Assembly: GCA_900617105.1 (NCBI GenBank)
Contig: UYFQ01000001.1
Coordinates: forward strand, 1,178,001 to 1,242,000
DNA length: 64,000 nt
Reading direction: 5' to 3'
DNA from: Hydrurus foetidus
Lineage: Eukaryota
Part shown: in pieces, positions 18,556-28,448 of the stretch
How the letters are laid out: each line of letters opens with the position of its first letter
How positions within the stretch are numbered: the first letter of the stretch is position 1
The notes under the pieces: generated by a model
Databases searched by the model: none
What the model was told of the DNA's origin: nothing
What the model saw: the letters and a program-made list of their open reading frames with translations, nothing else
Translations under genes and position numbers: made by a program

Positions 18556-20205
18556 TCAAGCCCGCAACCTGAACCGCTGAATCTTCCCCGTCGCCGTCTT
18601 CGGCAACTCTGCCACGAACTCAATCCAGCGGGGGTATTTGTAGGGGGCCAGTTGGGCTTTGACGTGGGCTTGCAGGTCTTGTGCGGTTGCGCTTTCGCCC
18701 GTTTTGAGCACCACCCAGGCTTTGGGTTTGACCAGTTCGTCGCTGTCGCTGTGGCCCACCACGGCGACCTCTAGCACTGCCGGGTGCGTCATCAGGCAGG
18801 CTTCCACCTCGAACGGGCTGACGTAGATGCCGCCGACTTTGAGCATATCGTCGCTGCGCCCGCCGTAGGTGAAGTAGCCGTCAGCGTCCATCGTGTACTT
18901 GTCACCGCTTTTCGTCCACTCGCCCGCGAACGTGGTTTTGGTGCGTTCGCGTTGGTTCCAGTACATCAGGGCGGAGGTGGGGCCGCTGATGAGCAGCTCA
19001 CCTATCTCGCCCGCTGCGCATTCCGCACCGTCGTCACCGATGATTTTGAGGCGGTAGCCGGGGACGGCTTGGCCGGTGGTGCCGTAGCGCACCTGCCCAG
19101 GGCGGTTGGACAGGAAGATGTGCAGCATCTCGGTGGAGCCGATGCCGTCCAGAATCTCGCAGCCGTAGGCGGCTGTCCAGCGGCGGCCTATGTCTGCGGG
19201 CAGGGCTTCGCCAGCGCTGGTACACAGGCGAAGCTTGAGTTTGTCGCGGCTGGGGCGCAGCGGGTCGGCCAGCAGCCCGGCGTACAGCGTGGGCACGCCG
19301 TAAAAAATCGTGGGCTGGAAGTCTTGCAGGATGCGGAACACGTCGCTGGACGTGGGGCGGGCGGGCAGCAACACCGTGGTGGCCCCCACGCTCATCGGGA
19401 AGGTCAACGCGTTGCCCAAGCCATAGGCGAAAAACAGCTTGGCGGCTGAGTACACCACGTCCGATTCCCGAATGCCCAGCACGCCCTGGCCGTACAGCTC
19501 GGCGGTTTGTATCAGGTGGCTGTGCAGGTGAACCGTGCCTTTGGGTGTGCCGGTGGAGCCGCTGGAATAGAGCCAAAAGCAGGCATCGTCCGCGCAGGTT
19601 GATGCAACGAGGGGGGTAAGGATGGTGGCTGAATTTGCTATGCTATTTGTAGCTTCTGACGCTTTCAGAATATGCGGCAAGCTGGTTTTTGAGCCTGAGA
19701 AATACCCCCCCAAGAGTTCATCGGCATCTGCGCCATCCCCTCCATCCACGATCACATGCCGCAACGCAGGCAGCGTTTGCGCGGCTGTCTTCAGCAGTGG
19801 CCCCAGGGTGGCGAGCAGGGGGGAGGACAGCACCAGCGCTTGCGCTTTGGAGTCGCGCAGCATGAATTCAAAGTCTTTGGCGTTCAGCAGCGTGTTCACC
19901 GCCACCGGCACCACGCCCGCCAGGATGCAGCCCAAAAACACAACCGGCCAGCCCAGCGTGTCGTGCATCGCCAGCATCACGCGGCATTCGGCAGGCAGTC
20001 CCATTTGGCGGATGGCTGCGGCAAACTGGTGCGCTTGGCAGTTAAGCGCACCAAACGTCAGCGTGTCGCCGCTGGCCGCGTCGACATAAGCGATTTTTTC
20101 CGCACGCCCCGTGTTCCGTGCCAGCAGGTCGTGGGCGGCGTTGTAGGCTCGCGAGATGGTGATGTGGGGCGGGCTGTGGCTGTGGTCGGCGTGGCTTAAG
20201 TTCAT
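18556..20205 (-). CDS. Benzoate-CoA ligase family protein
   Basis: FWLYSSGSTGTPKG, AKLFFAYGLGN, DGIGSTEMLHIFLSN, PKTATGKIQRF; adjacent to box genes. Confidence 0.92.
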   Translation of the reverse strand: MNLSHADHSHSPPHITISRAYNAAHDLLARNTGRAEKIAYVDAASGDTLTFGALNCQAHQFAAAIRQMGLPAECRVMLAMHDTLGWPVVFLGCILAGVVPVAVNTLLNAKDFEFMLRDSKAQALVLSSPLLATLGPLLKTAAQTLPALRHVIVDGGDGADADELLGGYFSGSKTSLPHILKASEATNSIANSATILTPLVASTCADDACFWLYSSGSTGTPKGTVHLHSHLIQTAELYGQGVLGIRESDVVYSAAKLFFAYGLGNALTFPMSVGATTVLLPARPTSSDVFRILQDFQPTIFYGVPTLYAGLLADPLRPSRDKLKLRLCTSAGEALPADIGRRWTAAYGCEILDGIGSTEMLHIFLSNRPGQVRYGTTGQAVPGYRLKIIGDDGAECAAGEIGELLISGPTSALMYWNQRERTKTTFAGEWTKSGDKYTMDADGYFTYGGRSDDMLKVGGIYVSPFEVEACLMTHPAVLEVAVVGHSDSDELVKPKAWVVLKTGESATAQDLQAHVKAQLAPYKYPRWIEFVAELPKTATGKIQRFRLRA

Positions 20206-20303
20206 GGCATGGTACTCAGAGGAGGTATCGGTGCTATTATTTTTGTAGCTGTCTGTGCTGACTGAATAAGTGCTAACGGCCTGTTTTTCGTAAACCTAAA
20301 GGG

Positions 20304-20795
20304 CTAAGCGGTCGCCGATTCGGCGGCCAGCTGCGCCAATGCCTGTACCAGCCATTCCCGGCACCACGCCGCGCCCTCGGTCTCGGGCAGGGTGCCTGCG
20401 CTGGCATCGTGGCACCAGACTTCGCCGATGCGGCGTGCACCCAAGTCCAGCAGCCGCTCGTCAAACTTCTTGCCACCAAAGCAGAACGTCTGCATATAGG
20501 TACGGTCGCCCAACGCGATCACGCCGTAACGCACATGGCCCAAAAACTGAGGTTCACTGCCCAAAGACTCGTACAGCGCACGGGCGTTGTCGGGCACATC
20601 GCCTGAACCGTAGGTGGATGTGCATAGGAGATATAGTGCATCTTCAGCTTGATCTGCGCTTAAAACACCGATGCGCAGGTCGTCCATCATCAGGACTTCA
20701 ATGTCATCAATCAGATCAGCACAGTCCATTTTAATGGCCTGTGCCACGTAATCTGCTGTGCTGGTCATGGTGCCGACGAGGATTTTGAGTTTCAT
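20304..20795 (-). CDS. Flavodoxin (MioC-like short chain)
   Basis: ILVGTMTSTA, TSTYGSGDVPDN, ALGDRTY..TFC. Confidence 0.88.
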   Translation of the reverse strand: MKLKILVGTMTSTADYVAQAIKMDCADLIDDIEVLMMDDLRIGVLSADQAEDALYLLCTSTYGSGDVPDNARALYESLGSEPQFLGHVRYGVIALGDRTYMQTFCFGGKKFDERLLDLGARRIGEVWCHDASAGTLPETEGAAWCREWLVQALAQLAAESATA

Positions 20796-20822
20796 ACCGT
20801 GTTTTCCCGTGAGATCAAAATA

Positions 20823-20866
20823 TGCAATATATTGCTTGACACTTAATTTGTTGGCAGTATAGTTCA
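20823..20866 (+). promoter_or_regulatory. Sigma70-like promoter for boxR-boxC-boxB with overlapping candidate operator
   Basis: TTGACA (20836-41)-N16-TATAGT (20858-63); related motifs TGCAATATATTGC and GGCAGTATAGTTCA overlap the two hexamers. Confidence 0.55.
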
Positions 20867-20922
20867 ACCCCAAGGGCTGTCAACAGGGCAAACCACCAGA
20901 CCACTTCAGCGCCACAAACACC

Positions 20923-21825
20923 ATGTTAAAAATCGCACCCGAAATCGAAGCCGCAACCATGCCATCCACCATGCTCGCCGAGTTAGGCTCACGCTTGCGG
21001 GCGTGGCGCGCTCGCCGGGGCATGACGCGCAAGCAGCTGGCTGCGGATTCGGCGTTGAGTGAGCGGTTTTTGGCCGATGTGGAAACGGGGCGCGGCAACG
21101 TGTCAATCAATTCGCTCAACGCAGCGGCGCGGGCGCTGAACATCTCAGTGCTTGATTTGCTGCAAGAACCTGTTCACCCTCCTTTGCAGCGCGTTCATGG
21201 CCTGTTGGTGCGTCTGGATGATGAGCAACTGGATGTGGCCTTGTCGCTCTTGGGTGCGCATTTCGGTTTGGGCGATGCGCCTGAGCGGGCTGTGCGTATC
21301 GCGCTGATTGGCCTGCGCGGCGCGGGCAAATCCACGCTGGGCCAGCAGTTGGCCGCCCAACGCGGACTGCCGTTCATCGAGCTTGACCGTGAGATCGAGC
21401 GCGAGGCGATGACCTCGTTGAACGAAATTTTCTTGCTGCACGGCCAAGCCGGTTACCGGCGTTACGAGCGGCGGGCGCTGCTGCGGGTGGCGCAAACCTA
21501 CCCGCTGGGCGTGGTGATGACGACGGGCGGCAGCTTGGTCAGCGAGCGTGAAACCTTCGAGCTGCTGCTCAAGAGTTTTTACTGCGTCTGGGTCAAGGCC
21601 AGCCCCGAAGAACACATGACCCGCGTGATGGCCCAAGGCGATATGCGCCCCATGACGGAACACCCGGATAACGCCCAAGCGATGGACGATTTACGCCGCA
21701 TCCTGACCAGCCGCGAAGCCCTGTACGCCCGCGCCGATGCGGTGGTGGACACGGCGGCACGCACGGTCAAACAAAGTTCGCGCGACCTGGAACGCGCCGT
21801 TCCTCTCATCCAGAACCACAGATAA
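20923..21825 (+). CDS. boxR: XRE-HTH + shikimate-kinase-like regulator (BoxR/BzdR family)
   Basis: HTH RGMTRKQLA..SERFLADVETG and kinase-like IALIGLRGAGKSTLG; upstream of boxC. Confidence 0.88.
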   Translation: MLKIAPEIEAATMPSTMLAELGSRLRAWRARRGMTRKQLAADSALSERFLADVETGRGNVSINSLNAAARALNISVLDLLQEPVHPPLQRVHGLLVRLDDEQLDVALSLLGAHFGLGDAPERAVRIALIGLRGAGKSTLGQQLAAQRGLPFIELDREIEREAMTSLNEIFLLHGQAGYRRYERRALLRVAQTYPLGVVMTTGGSLVSERETFELLLKSFYCVWVKASPEEHMTRVMAQGDMRPMTEHPDNAQAMDDLRRILTSREALYARADAVVDTAARTVKQSSRDLERAVPLIQNHR

Positions 21826-21850
21826 CACCACATAACCCCCAGGAGACAAC

Positions 21851-23554
21851 ATGAACGCCATGACTGAACCGCTTTTATTCCAACAAGGTGCGCGGGAACT
21901 GGTGCGCTTTTCCACCCACCCGGCCAAGTACCAGCACTGGGCACTCAGCGTTGAAGGCGACGTGGCCCGCCTCAAGCTCGACATTCAGGAAGATGGCGGC
22001 ATCAAGCCCGGCTACAAACTCAAGCTCAACAGCTACGACCTGGGCGTGGACATTGAGCTGCATGACGCACTGAACCGCGTGCGCTTTGAGCACCCCGCCG
22101 TCAAAGTGGTGGTGTTCGAGAGCGGCAAAGAAAAAATCTGGTGCAGCGGTGCCAACATTTACATGCTGGGCCTCTCCACCCACGCCTGGAAGGTGAATTT
22201 CTGCAAGCTCACCAACGAAACCCGCAACGGCCTGGAAGACTCTTCCCGCCATGAAGGCCTGAAATCCCTCGCTGCCGTGACCGGAGCCTGTGCCGGTGGT
22301 GGCTACGAGCTGGCCTTGGCCTGCGACCGCATCGCTATGGTGGACGACCGCGCCAGCACCGTCAGCCTGCCTGAAGTGCCCTTGCTCGGCGTGCTGCCCG
22401 GCACCGGCGGCCTGACCCGCGTGACCGACAAGCGCAAAGTGCGCCGCGATTTGGCCGATATTTTCTGCACCACCGCAGAAGGCGTGCGTGCTGACCGCGC
22501 CAAAGACTGGAAGCTGATCGACAGCCATGCCAAGCCGCAGCAGTTCGGTGCGCTGATTGCTACTGAAATAGAAGCACTCCGCGCCCAATCTACGCGCGGT
22601 GGAGCTGATATGGGCGTTAATCATGGTATTGAACTCACCCCGTTAAACACCACCATCGACGCGCAGGGCTACCACTACAGCACCGTCGATGCCCAGGTCA
22701 ACCGCGACACCCGCATCGTCACCATCACTGTCACCGCGCCGCTGACACCCGTGGAATCCACGCCCGAGGCTATCGTCGCCGCCGGTGCGCAGTGGTGGCC
22801 GCTGCGCTTCGCCCGCGAACTCGACGATGTCATCCTCAATCTGCGGGCCAACGAACCGGAAGCAGGCACTTGGGTGTTCAAAACCCGTGGCAATCCGCTG
22901 CACGTCATGCAAGCCGACGATGTGCTGGACAGCCTCAAAACCCATTGGCTGGTGCGCGAAACGATAGGCACGCTGCGCCGTACCCTGGCCCGCATCGACG
23001 TGACCAGCCGTTCGCTGATTGCGCTGGTGGAGCAGGGTTCGTGCTTTGTGGGCACTCTGTATGAGCTGGCACTGGCCAGTGACCGTATTTACATGCTGGA
23101 CTTGCCCGATTCCCCAGATGCTGCACCCGCCTTGCAGTTGCACCATGCCAACTTTGGCCGCTACCCGGTCGTCAACGGCCTGACGCGCCTGCAAACCCGC
23201 TTTTGTGAAGATGCCGACACCATCGCCCAATTGGAAGGTTTGAAAGACAGCCCCCTGCGTGCTGACCAAGCCCTGGCACTGGGCCTCGTCACCCTCACGC
23301 CGGACGATATCGACTGGGACGACGAAATCCGCATCATGCTGGAAGAGCGCGCCTCGATGTCGCCCGATGCCATGACCGGCTTGGAAGCCTCGCTGCGCTT
23401 TCCCGGCAAAGAGACGATGGAAACACGGGTGTTTGCACGGCTCTCAGCGTGGCAAAACTGGATTTTCATCCGGCCTAACGCGGTGGGCGAGGAGGGTGCT
23501 TTGAAGCTCTTCGGCACCGGCAAGAAAGCCCGGTTCGACTGGAAACGTGTGTAG
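21851..23554 (+). CDS. boxC: 2,3-epoxybenzoyl-CoA dihydrolase
   Basis: LKLNSYDLGVDIEL, SGANIYMLG, KVNFCK, LPEVPLLGVLPGTGG, WQNWIFIRPNA. Confidence 0.95.
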   Translation: MNAMTEPLLFQQGARELVRFSTHPAKYQHWALSVEGDVARLKLDIQEDGGIKPGYKLKLNSYDLGVDIELHDALNRVRFEHPAVKVVVFESGKEKIWCSGANIYMLGLSTHAWKVNFCKLTNETRNGLEDSSRHEGLKSLAAVTGACAGGGYELALACDRIAMVDDRASTVSLPEVPLLGVLPGTGGLTRVTDKRKVRRDLADIFCTTAEGVRADRAKDWKLIDSHAKPQQFGALIATEIEALRAQSTRGGADMGVNHGIELTPLNTTIDAQGYHYSTVDAQVNRDTRIVTITVTAPLTPVESTPEAIVAAGAQWWPLRFARELDDVILNLRANEPEAGTWVFKTRGNPLHVMQADDVLDSLKTHWLVRETIGTLRRTLARIDVTSRSLIALVEQGSCFVGTLYELALASDRIYMLDLPDSPDAAPALQLHHANFGRYPVVNGLTRLQTRFCEDADTIAQLEGLKDSPLRADQALALGLVTLTPDDIDWDDEIRIMLEERASMSPDAMTGLEASLRFPGKETMETRVFARLSAWQNWIFIRPNAVGEEGALKLFGTGKKARFDWKRV

Positions 23555-23555
23555 A

Positions 23556-23635
23556 TCGCCCCCACGCTTGTCGCTTCGCGTACTGCGCTGCCCCCCGAGG
23601 GGGCTAATTTTTCTAGGGGCGGCCCGTCGAAAAAT
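23556..23635. repeat. REP-like intergenic element
   Basis: GCCCCCACGCTTGTCGCTTCGCGTACTGCGCTGCCCCCCGAGGGGGC...GGGGCGGCCCG with an internal CCCCC-GA-GGGGG hairpin; resembles a repeat I recall from Comamonadaceae; single copy in this window. Confidence 0.5.
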
Positions 23636-23667
23636 TGCGTATTTTGCAACCCTATTGAAAGCCCATC

Positions 23668-25092
23668 ATGACCACCATTGACCTGCAAGCCCTCATCCCC
23701 AACAACGTCCACCTTGGCGAAAACCGCCAGCTGCAACGTGCCCTTGAACACTGGCAACCCGCCTTCCTGAACTGGTGGGACGAAATGGGCCCCAGCGACT
23801 TCAAGGCCAACGAGGTTTACTTGCGCACCGCCGTCGGCGTGGACGCTTCAGGCTGGGCCAGCTACGGCTACACCCCCATGCCCGATTACCGCTGGGGCAT
23901 CTTTTTGGCTGACAAAGAAGAAGGCCGTAAGATCGGTTTTGGCGACCACAAAGGCGAGGACGTATGGCAAGACGTGCCCGGCGAATACCGCAGCACCTTC
24001 CGCCGCCTGATCGTGACGCAAGGGGACACCGAGCCTGCATCGGTGGAGCAGCAGCGTCTGCTGGGCCACACGGCACCCAGCCTGTACGACCTGCGCAACC
24101 TGTTCCAGGTCAACGTCGAAGAAGGCCGCCACCTCTGGGCGATGGTCTATTTGCTGCACGCCCACTTTGGCCGCGATGGCCGTGAAGAAGCTGAAGAACT
24201 CTTGATGCGCCACAGCGGAGACGCAGACAAGCCGCGCATCTTGGGCACCTTCAACGAGCCGATGGACAACTGGCTCAGCTTCTTCATGTTCACGTATTTC
24301 ACCGACCGTGACGGCAAATTCCAGCTCAAAAGCTTCGCTGAATCCGCCTTCGACCCCTTGGCCCGCACCACGCGCTTCATGCTGACCGAAGAGGCGCACC
24401 ACATGTTTGTGGGTGAAACCGGCATTGGTCGCGTCATCAAACGCACGATGGAGGTGATGAAAGAGCTGGACACCGAAGACATCGCCACCCTGCGCAAAGC
24501 CGGGGTGATCGACTTGCCCACCATCCAGAAATTCATGAACTACTGGTTCACCAGTTCGCTGGACTTGTTCGGCTCAGAAGCCTCAAGCAACGCCGCCAAC
24601 TACTTCGCCGGTGGCATCAAAGGCCGCCCCGACGAAGCCAAGTTTGCCGACCACGTGGAGCTGGACACTGAGATGCAAATCACCGTGCCCGACGGCATGG
24701 GCGGCATGAAAAGCCAGACCATTTCGTGCCGCAACGGCATGAACGAAGTCACCCGGCTGGAGTACGTGAAAGACTGCAACGTCGGCGTTACCCGCTGGAA
24801 CATGGGCATCAAGCGGGCGGGGGTCAACATCGAGCTGAAGCTCCCCTCCATCCGCTTTCGCCGACAAGTCGGTCTGTGGGCAGGTGTCACAACGACACCT
24901 GAAGGTCAGCCCATCAGTGCTGCGGAATTCGAAGCACGTAAAGCAGACTGGCTGCCCACAGTGGAAGATACAGCCTTTGTGAAGAGCCTGATGAACAAGG
25001 TCACAGACCCCGGCAAAATGGCCGCCTGGATAGCCCCGCCAGACCGGGGGATCAATGCGCAGGCGGTGGCTTATGAATATGTGCGGCTGTGA
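23668..25092 (+). CDS. boxB: Benzoyl-CoA 2,3-epoxidase, diiron subunit
   Basis: IPNNV, QGDTEPASVEQQ, VEEGRHLWAM, FTDRDG, EEAHH. Confidence 0.96.
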   Translation: MTTIDLQALIPNNVHLGENRQLQRALEHWQPAFLNWWDEMGPSDFKANEVYLRTAVGVDASGWASYGYTPMPDYRWGIFLADKEEGRKIGFGDHKGEDVWQDVPGEYRSTFRRLIVTQGDTEPASVEQQRLLGHTAPSLYDLRNLFQVNVEEGRHLWAMVYLLHAHFGRDGREEAEELLMRHSGDADKPRILGTFNEPMDNWLSFFMFTYFTDRDGKFQLKSFAESAFDPLARTTRFMLTEEAHHMFVGETGIGRVIKRTMEVMKELDTEDIATLRKAGVIDLPTIQKFMNYWFTSSLDLFGSEASSNAANYFAGGIKGRPDEAKFADHVELDTEMQITVPDGMGGMKSQTISCRNGMNEVTRLEYVKDCNVGVTRWNMGIKRAGVNIELKLPSIRFRRQVGLWAGVTTTPEGQPISAAEFEARKADWLPTVEDTAFVKSLMNKVTDPGKMAAWIAPPDRGINAQAVAYEYVRL

Positions 25093-25141
25093 GTAAGCTC
25101 ATCCCGCAAACACATTTGGCCAAGCACTGGGCAATGCGTTT

Positions 25142-26422
25142 GTGGACAACGCCAGGAGCGCCGGGACGCAGGAAGATTCGCTCGACCAGCTTCTGCGCCA
25201 GAACAATAACTTTGCGGGGGTTCAAGTAGGCGGAAATAGTTACGCACCTGGGCAAATGGGTTCGGGCAGCTTTGGCATGGATGACTATGCGTCTATTCCG
25301 AGGTTTGCGGGGACAAGTCCTGTCGGGGGTGCAGACGTTAACGGTGACAGCCCGAACTACTTGCGCGGTAACTTGAATGTTCTGGGCAATGTGAATGTGG
25401 GCGCTGATCCGTATGGGCTAGCCGCTCAGGACGATATGTCGCGCACGGTCACGATAGGGAAAAACCAAGGCGTTTTGGCTGCACTGGGTGCCGCAGGCTA
25501 CACATCGGCTGAGGCCAAGGCTTACTACGGCCAGATGATCGCCAGCGGGCAAATTGGGCGCAATGGCATTGTGCAGCCAGGCCAGGAGCTGAGCTTCACG
25601 GCGGACGACTTCAGTCAGTCCAAGCTGGGCGGCAGGGCTATTGCGGCTGAGAGTGCATACCGGGCTGAGCGCATGGCCGTGGCTGTGCAATCCGCAACCC
25701 GCTTGTCTGAGTGGGGCGACAGCACGACCGTGATTGCTGGGCTTGGGCTGCCTTCACAGGCAAGCCGATCAGCCGTTGACCAAATTCCTACGGGTGGATA
25801 TGCCTACGCGCCGCCAGCGAAAAATGCACCTGAAGGCTTCTTTGGTCAGGTAGCGGGTGCGATTGACAGATTCAATAACACGGGCCTTGGTCAGGCGCTC
25901 CAAGGTTTGCCGCCCGAAGGCTTTATCCTTGGTGCTGTCAAATCAGGGGTGAACTTCCTTGGCAAGGCGGAGCGGGTTGCGGCTGAGTTGGGAGCGGGTG
26001 AGCGAGCAACTGGCAGTGGAAAGACGGTCACTTTGTATCGAGTTGATGATGCTGGATTTGCCCCACGCATCGCTGCCGATGGTTCTGTCCCCGTGGTAAC
26101 TACGGGCTCTGGTAGTGAGCGTGCTTTGTTTGTCAACATTGGGCAACCATTGCGAGCACAAGAGTTTGCATTGATTAATAGAAACGGCAACGCCACCGTT
26201 ACCGCTGTTGATGTCGATGTCTCATTACTCGAAGAGCTGCGGGCGACGTCCGTCTATGACAAGAGTGCAGCTACTAAATTAAATCCAACAGCGCCTTTAA
26301 GAGTTGATATCAACAAGGCTCCAGATCAATTTGGTCTAAGAACTCCTCAGCAAATTCAGATGCTGAGAGATGCAATTAATCCATCAACAGTCAGGATTGT
26401 TGATCCCAGGACTTTGAGGTAA
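25142..26422 (+). pseudogene. Orphan C-terminal fragment of a large YD/LysM-type polymorphic toxin
   Basis: Frame is open back to a TAA at 25094-96 and reads ANTFGQALGNAFVD; no RBS before GTG 25142; LysM-like RTVTIGKNQG...IVQPGQELSF; AT-richer tip followed 5 bp later by a small ORF. Confidence 0.6.
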
Positions 26423-26427
26423 CAGAG

Positions 26428-26763
26428 ATGAATTCGACAAAAGTTTTTATTATTCCTGTGCATGTCACACGTTTGGAAAAATCCATCATGCCGACGGATC
26501 TCTCGGAAGCTTATGTAAGCTGCTACACGACTGGGACTACCTACGTCGATGCTGCGAAACGAGTGCTTGGCAGATTGTCAGATGATGGGTTGCATGCGCA
26601 AAAAATCCTTCAGCCTGTGTATGAAATGAATGCCGATGATTGGGCTGACCATGTCAAAGAAAAATGGATGCAATACGCCAGCTCTTTACCCAGTCAAATC
26701 GAATTTAAAGAAGCAATGCAGAACGATAAAGTGGTGTATGGGCCATTTGGATCAATGGCATAA
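26428..26763 (+). CDS. Putative immunity protein (copy 1)
   Basis: 111-aa low-GC ORF directly after the toxin tip; function inferred from position. Confidence 0.6.
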   Translation: MNSTKVFIIPVHVTRLEKSIMPTDLSEAYVSCYTTGTTYVDAAKRVLGRLSDDGLHAQKILQPVYEMNADDWADHVKEKWMQYASSLPSQIEFKEAMQNDKVVYGPFGSMA

Positions 26764-27360
26764 CGTCGCAGCGGTCGTGATATCTTGCAACCATCTTTCT
26801 TTGGGCAACAGTGCCATAGCACGCACCATATCGCCTTCACTGACAAGCGCATGAACCTCACCGGCCAGTGGCGTCACATCCGTGATTCGTTGCGTCCACT
26901 GATTCACATACAGCGGCACAGCCTCTTTGCTGAGACCAATTTGAATAGCGCGGTGAGGCAACGGGTTATGGTGCAAATCCCGCTCCGGGTCCCATTGGAC
27001 GCGCACCGGGCAAGTTTGCTTGAGCGCGGTGTACGCTTCGTCAGACATACCCGGCGGTGAATGACTTGGGCAGCTGTGCGCCAATGCCCATTCAAAGCCG
27101 TCGCGGCTGATGTCGATGGCAAGAATGCGGCTCTGACCTGTATCCTTGAACCCCCAACCTGCCCGGTACATCATCCACAAGAACGATGGCTTGATCCAGG
27201 TCATGCGCTCCAACTTGAAAGGCGGCGAAACAAAACGGCCATGACGCAGCGCTGAATCGGCAATTGAATCTGAATAGGCTTGATAAACCCGAATTGTGGT
27301 GTCGTCATAGACCGCACGGATTTGCCGAGGTGGCACAGCAGAGATTGCGGTATCGTGCAT
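26752..27360 (-). CDS. DUF4291-family protein (copy 1)
   Basis: IRAVYDDTTIRVYQAY, RMTWIKPSFLWMMYRAGW, VRVQWDPERD, RAIQIGL. Confidence 0.85.
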   Translation of the reverse strand: MHDTAISAVPPRQIRAVYDDTTIRVYQAYSDSIADSALRHGRFVSPPFKLERMTWIKPSFLWMMYRAGWGFKDTGQSRILAIDISRDGFEWALAHSCPSHSPPGMSDEAYTALKQTCPVRVQWDPERDLHHNPLPHRAIQIGLSKEAVPLYVNQWTQRITDVTPLAGEVHALVSEGDMVRAMALLPKERWLQDITTAATLCH

Positions 27361-27995
27361 CACTTCCTCCCCTTAGCCGCGCTGCCGCTGGCGCGTCCCG
27401 TGGCCTTGGGTTTCTTCTCCTCCTGTGGCACAAACCCAATAGGCCGCTTGGGTGGCTCAGGCGGCGTCATCAGGTCGCGCAAGGCATCGAACACCTGCTT
27501 GAGCTGGTTGCGCGTATTGCGGCTAAAGGTATCGTGCTGCAGCTCCAGGCTCTCGGTCTTCATCTCCAGCTCGGCCAGCCGCTTGGCCAAATCCTCATGC
27601 AGCGCGGCCGCCTGGCGCAGCCGCACAAAGGCCCGCACCACATAGACCGATACCTCCATGGCGTGGGCCGTGTTCAGCACCATCGCTGCCATGATCGCGC
27701 CGTGTTCGGTGAACACGTAGGGCAGGTACTTGCGATGCTGCCCACGCCCCGTCTTTAAGGTCGCAAATTGCGACCTTAAAGCATCGGCCTCTTCGAGCGA
27801 CATCTGAAACATGAAGTCCGCCGGAAAGCGCATTGCATTGCGCTTGACCTGCTCATTCAGGCGCTTGGTCTGCACACCATAGAGCGCAGCCAAGTCCGCA
27901 TCCAGCATTACCCGCTGGCCGCGCAACACTGCAATGCTCAGAGAAATGCTCTCCACCGCAGGCGCCACGGCCACGGCTGCTGGTGCCGCGCTCAT
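27360..27995 (-). CDS. ORF6N-domain DNA-binding protein (copy 1)
   Basis: RGQRVMLDADLAALYGV, QVKRN..RFPADFMFQ, PYVFTEHGAIMAA, KRPIGF. Confidence 0.9.
   Translation of the reverse strand: MSAAPAAVAVAPAVESISLSIAVLRGQRVMLDADLAALYGVQTKRLNEQVKRNAMRFPADFMFQMSLEEADALRSQFATLKTGRGQHRKYLPYVFTEHGAIMAAMVLNTAHAMEVSVYVVRAFVRLRQAAALHEDLAKRLAELEMKTESLELQHDTFSRNTRNQLKQVFDALRDLMTPPEPPKRPIGFVPQEEKKPKATGRASGSAAKGRK
27753..27781. repeat. 29-bp intragenic palindrome in the ORF6N gene (second copy 34987-35015)
   Basis: CTTTAAGGTCGCAA-A-TTGCGACCTTAAAG. Confidence 0.9.
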
Positions 27996-28396
27996 GCGGC
28001 GTGCGCGGCAACGGCGCGCTTAGTGGCACGCCGGGCTACCGTGGAGGGCTTGCCCATGGCTTTCTCCACCATCGACTTCTTCACAAAGCTGTCGATCACC
28101 AGAATCAGCGCCTGCTGCTCTTGATCGGGCAAGACATCCGCCTGCTGCCAAAGCGAATTCAGTGAATGGTTGCGAATGCGCGCCTCACCACTCATGGGTT
28201 TGCGACCCACCAATTCATCAAGAGACACCTGTAATACATCGGCAATCTTGACCAGCGTATCCAGGTGCGGCGCGATGGTTCCACGCTCCCAGCGGTTGTA
28301 AGCCCGGGGGTCAACCGCAATCAATTCGGCCAATCGAATCTGCGTCAACTGACGAGACTCCCTCAGCAAGCGCAAGCGCTCTGCAAACTCAGACAT
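27992..28396 (-). CDS. XRE-family HTH regulator (copy 1), divergent from the primase gene
   Basis: FAERLRLLRESRQLTQIRLAELI..YNRWERG..PHLDTLVKIADVLQVSLDELVG; start could lie further upstream. Confidence 0.88.
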   Translation of the reverse strand: MSEFAERLRLLRESRQLTQIRLAELIAVDPRAYNRWERGTIAPHLDTLVKIADVLQVSLDELVGRKPMSGEARIRNHSLNSLWQQADVLPDQEQQALILVIDSFVKKSMVEKAMGKPSTVARRATKRAVAAHAA

Positions 28397-28448
28397 ATCA
28401 AACCCTGCATGCCAATAAAAGATGCTGGCGATCTTATGGGTCATATTT

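Noticed and set aside
27753..27781. Palindrome as a dif/Xer site for the XerC-like recombinase
   Set aside because: It has a 1-bp centre rather than a 6-8-bp spacer, does not match the dif consensus, and is not at any breakpoint.
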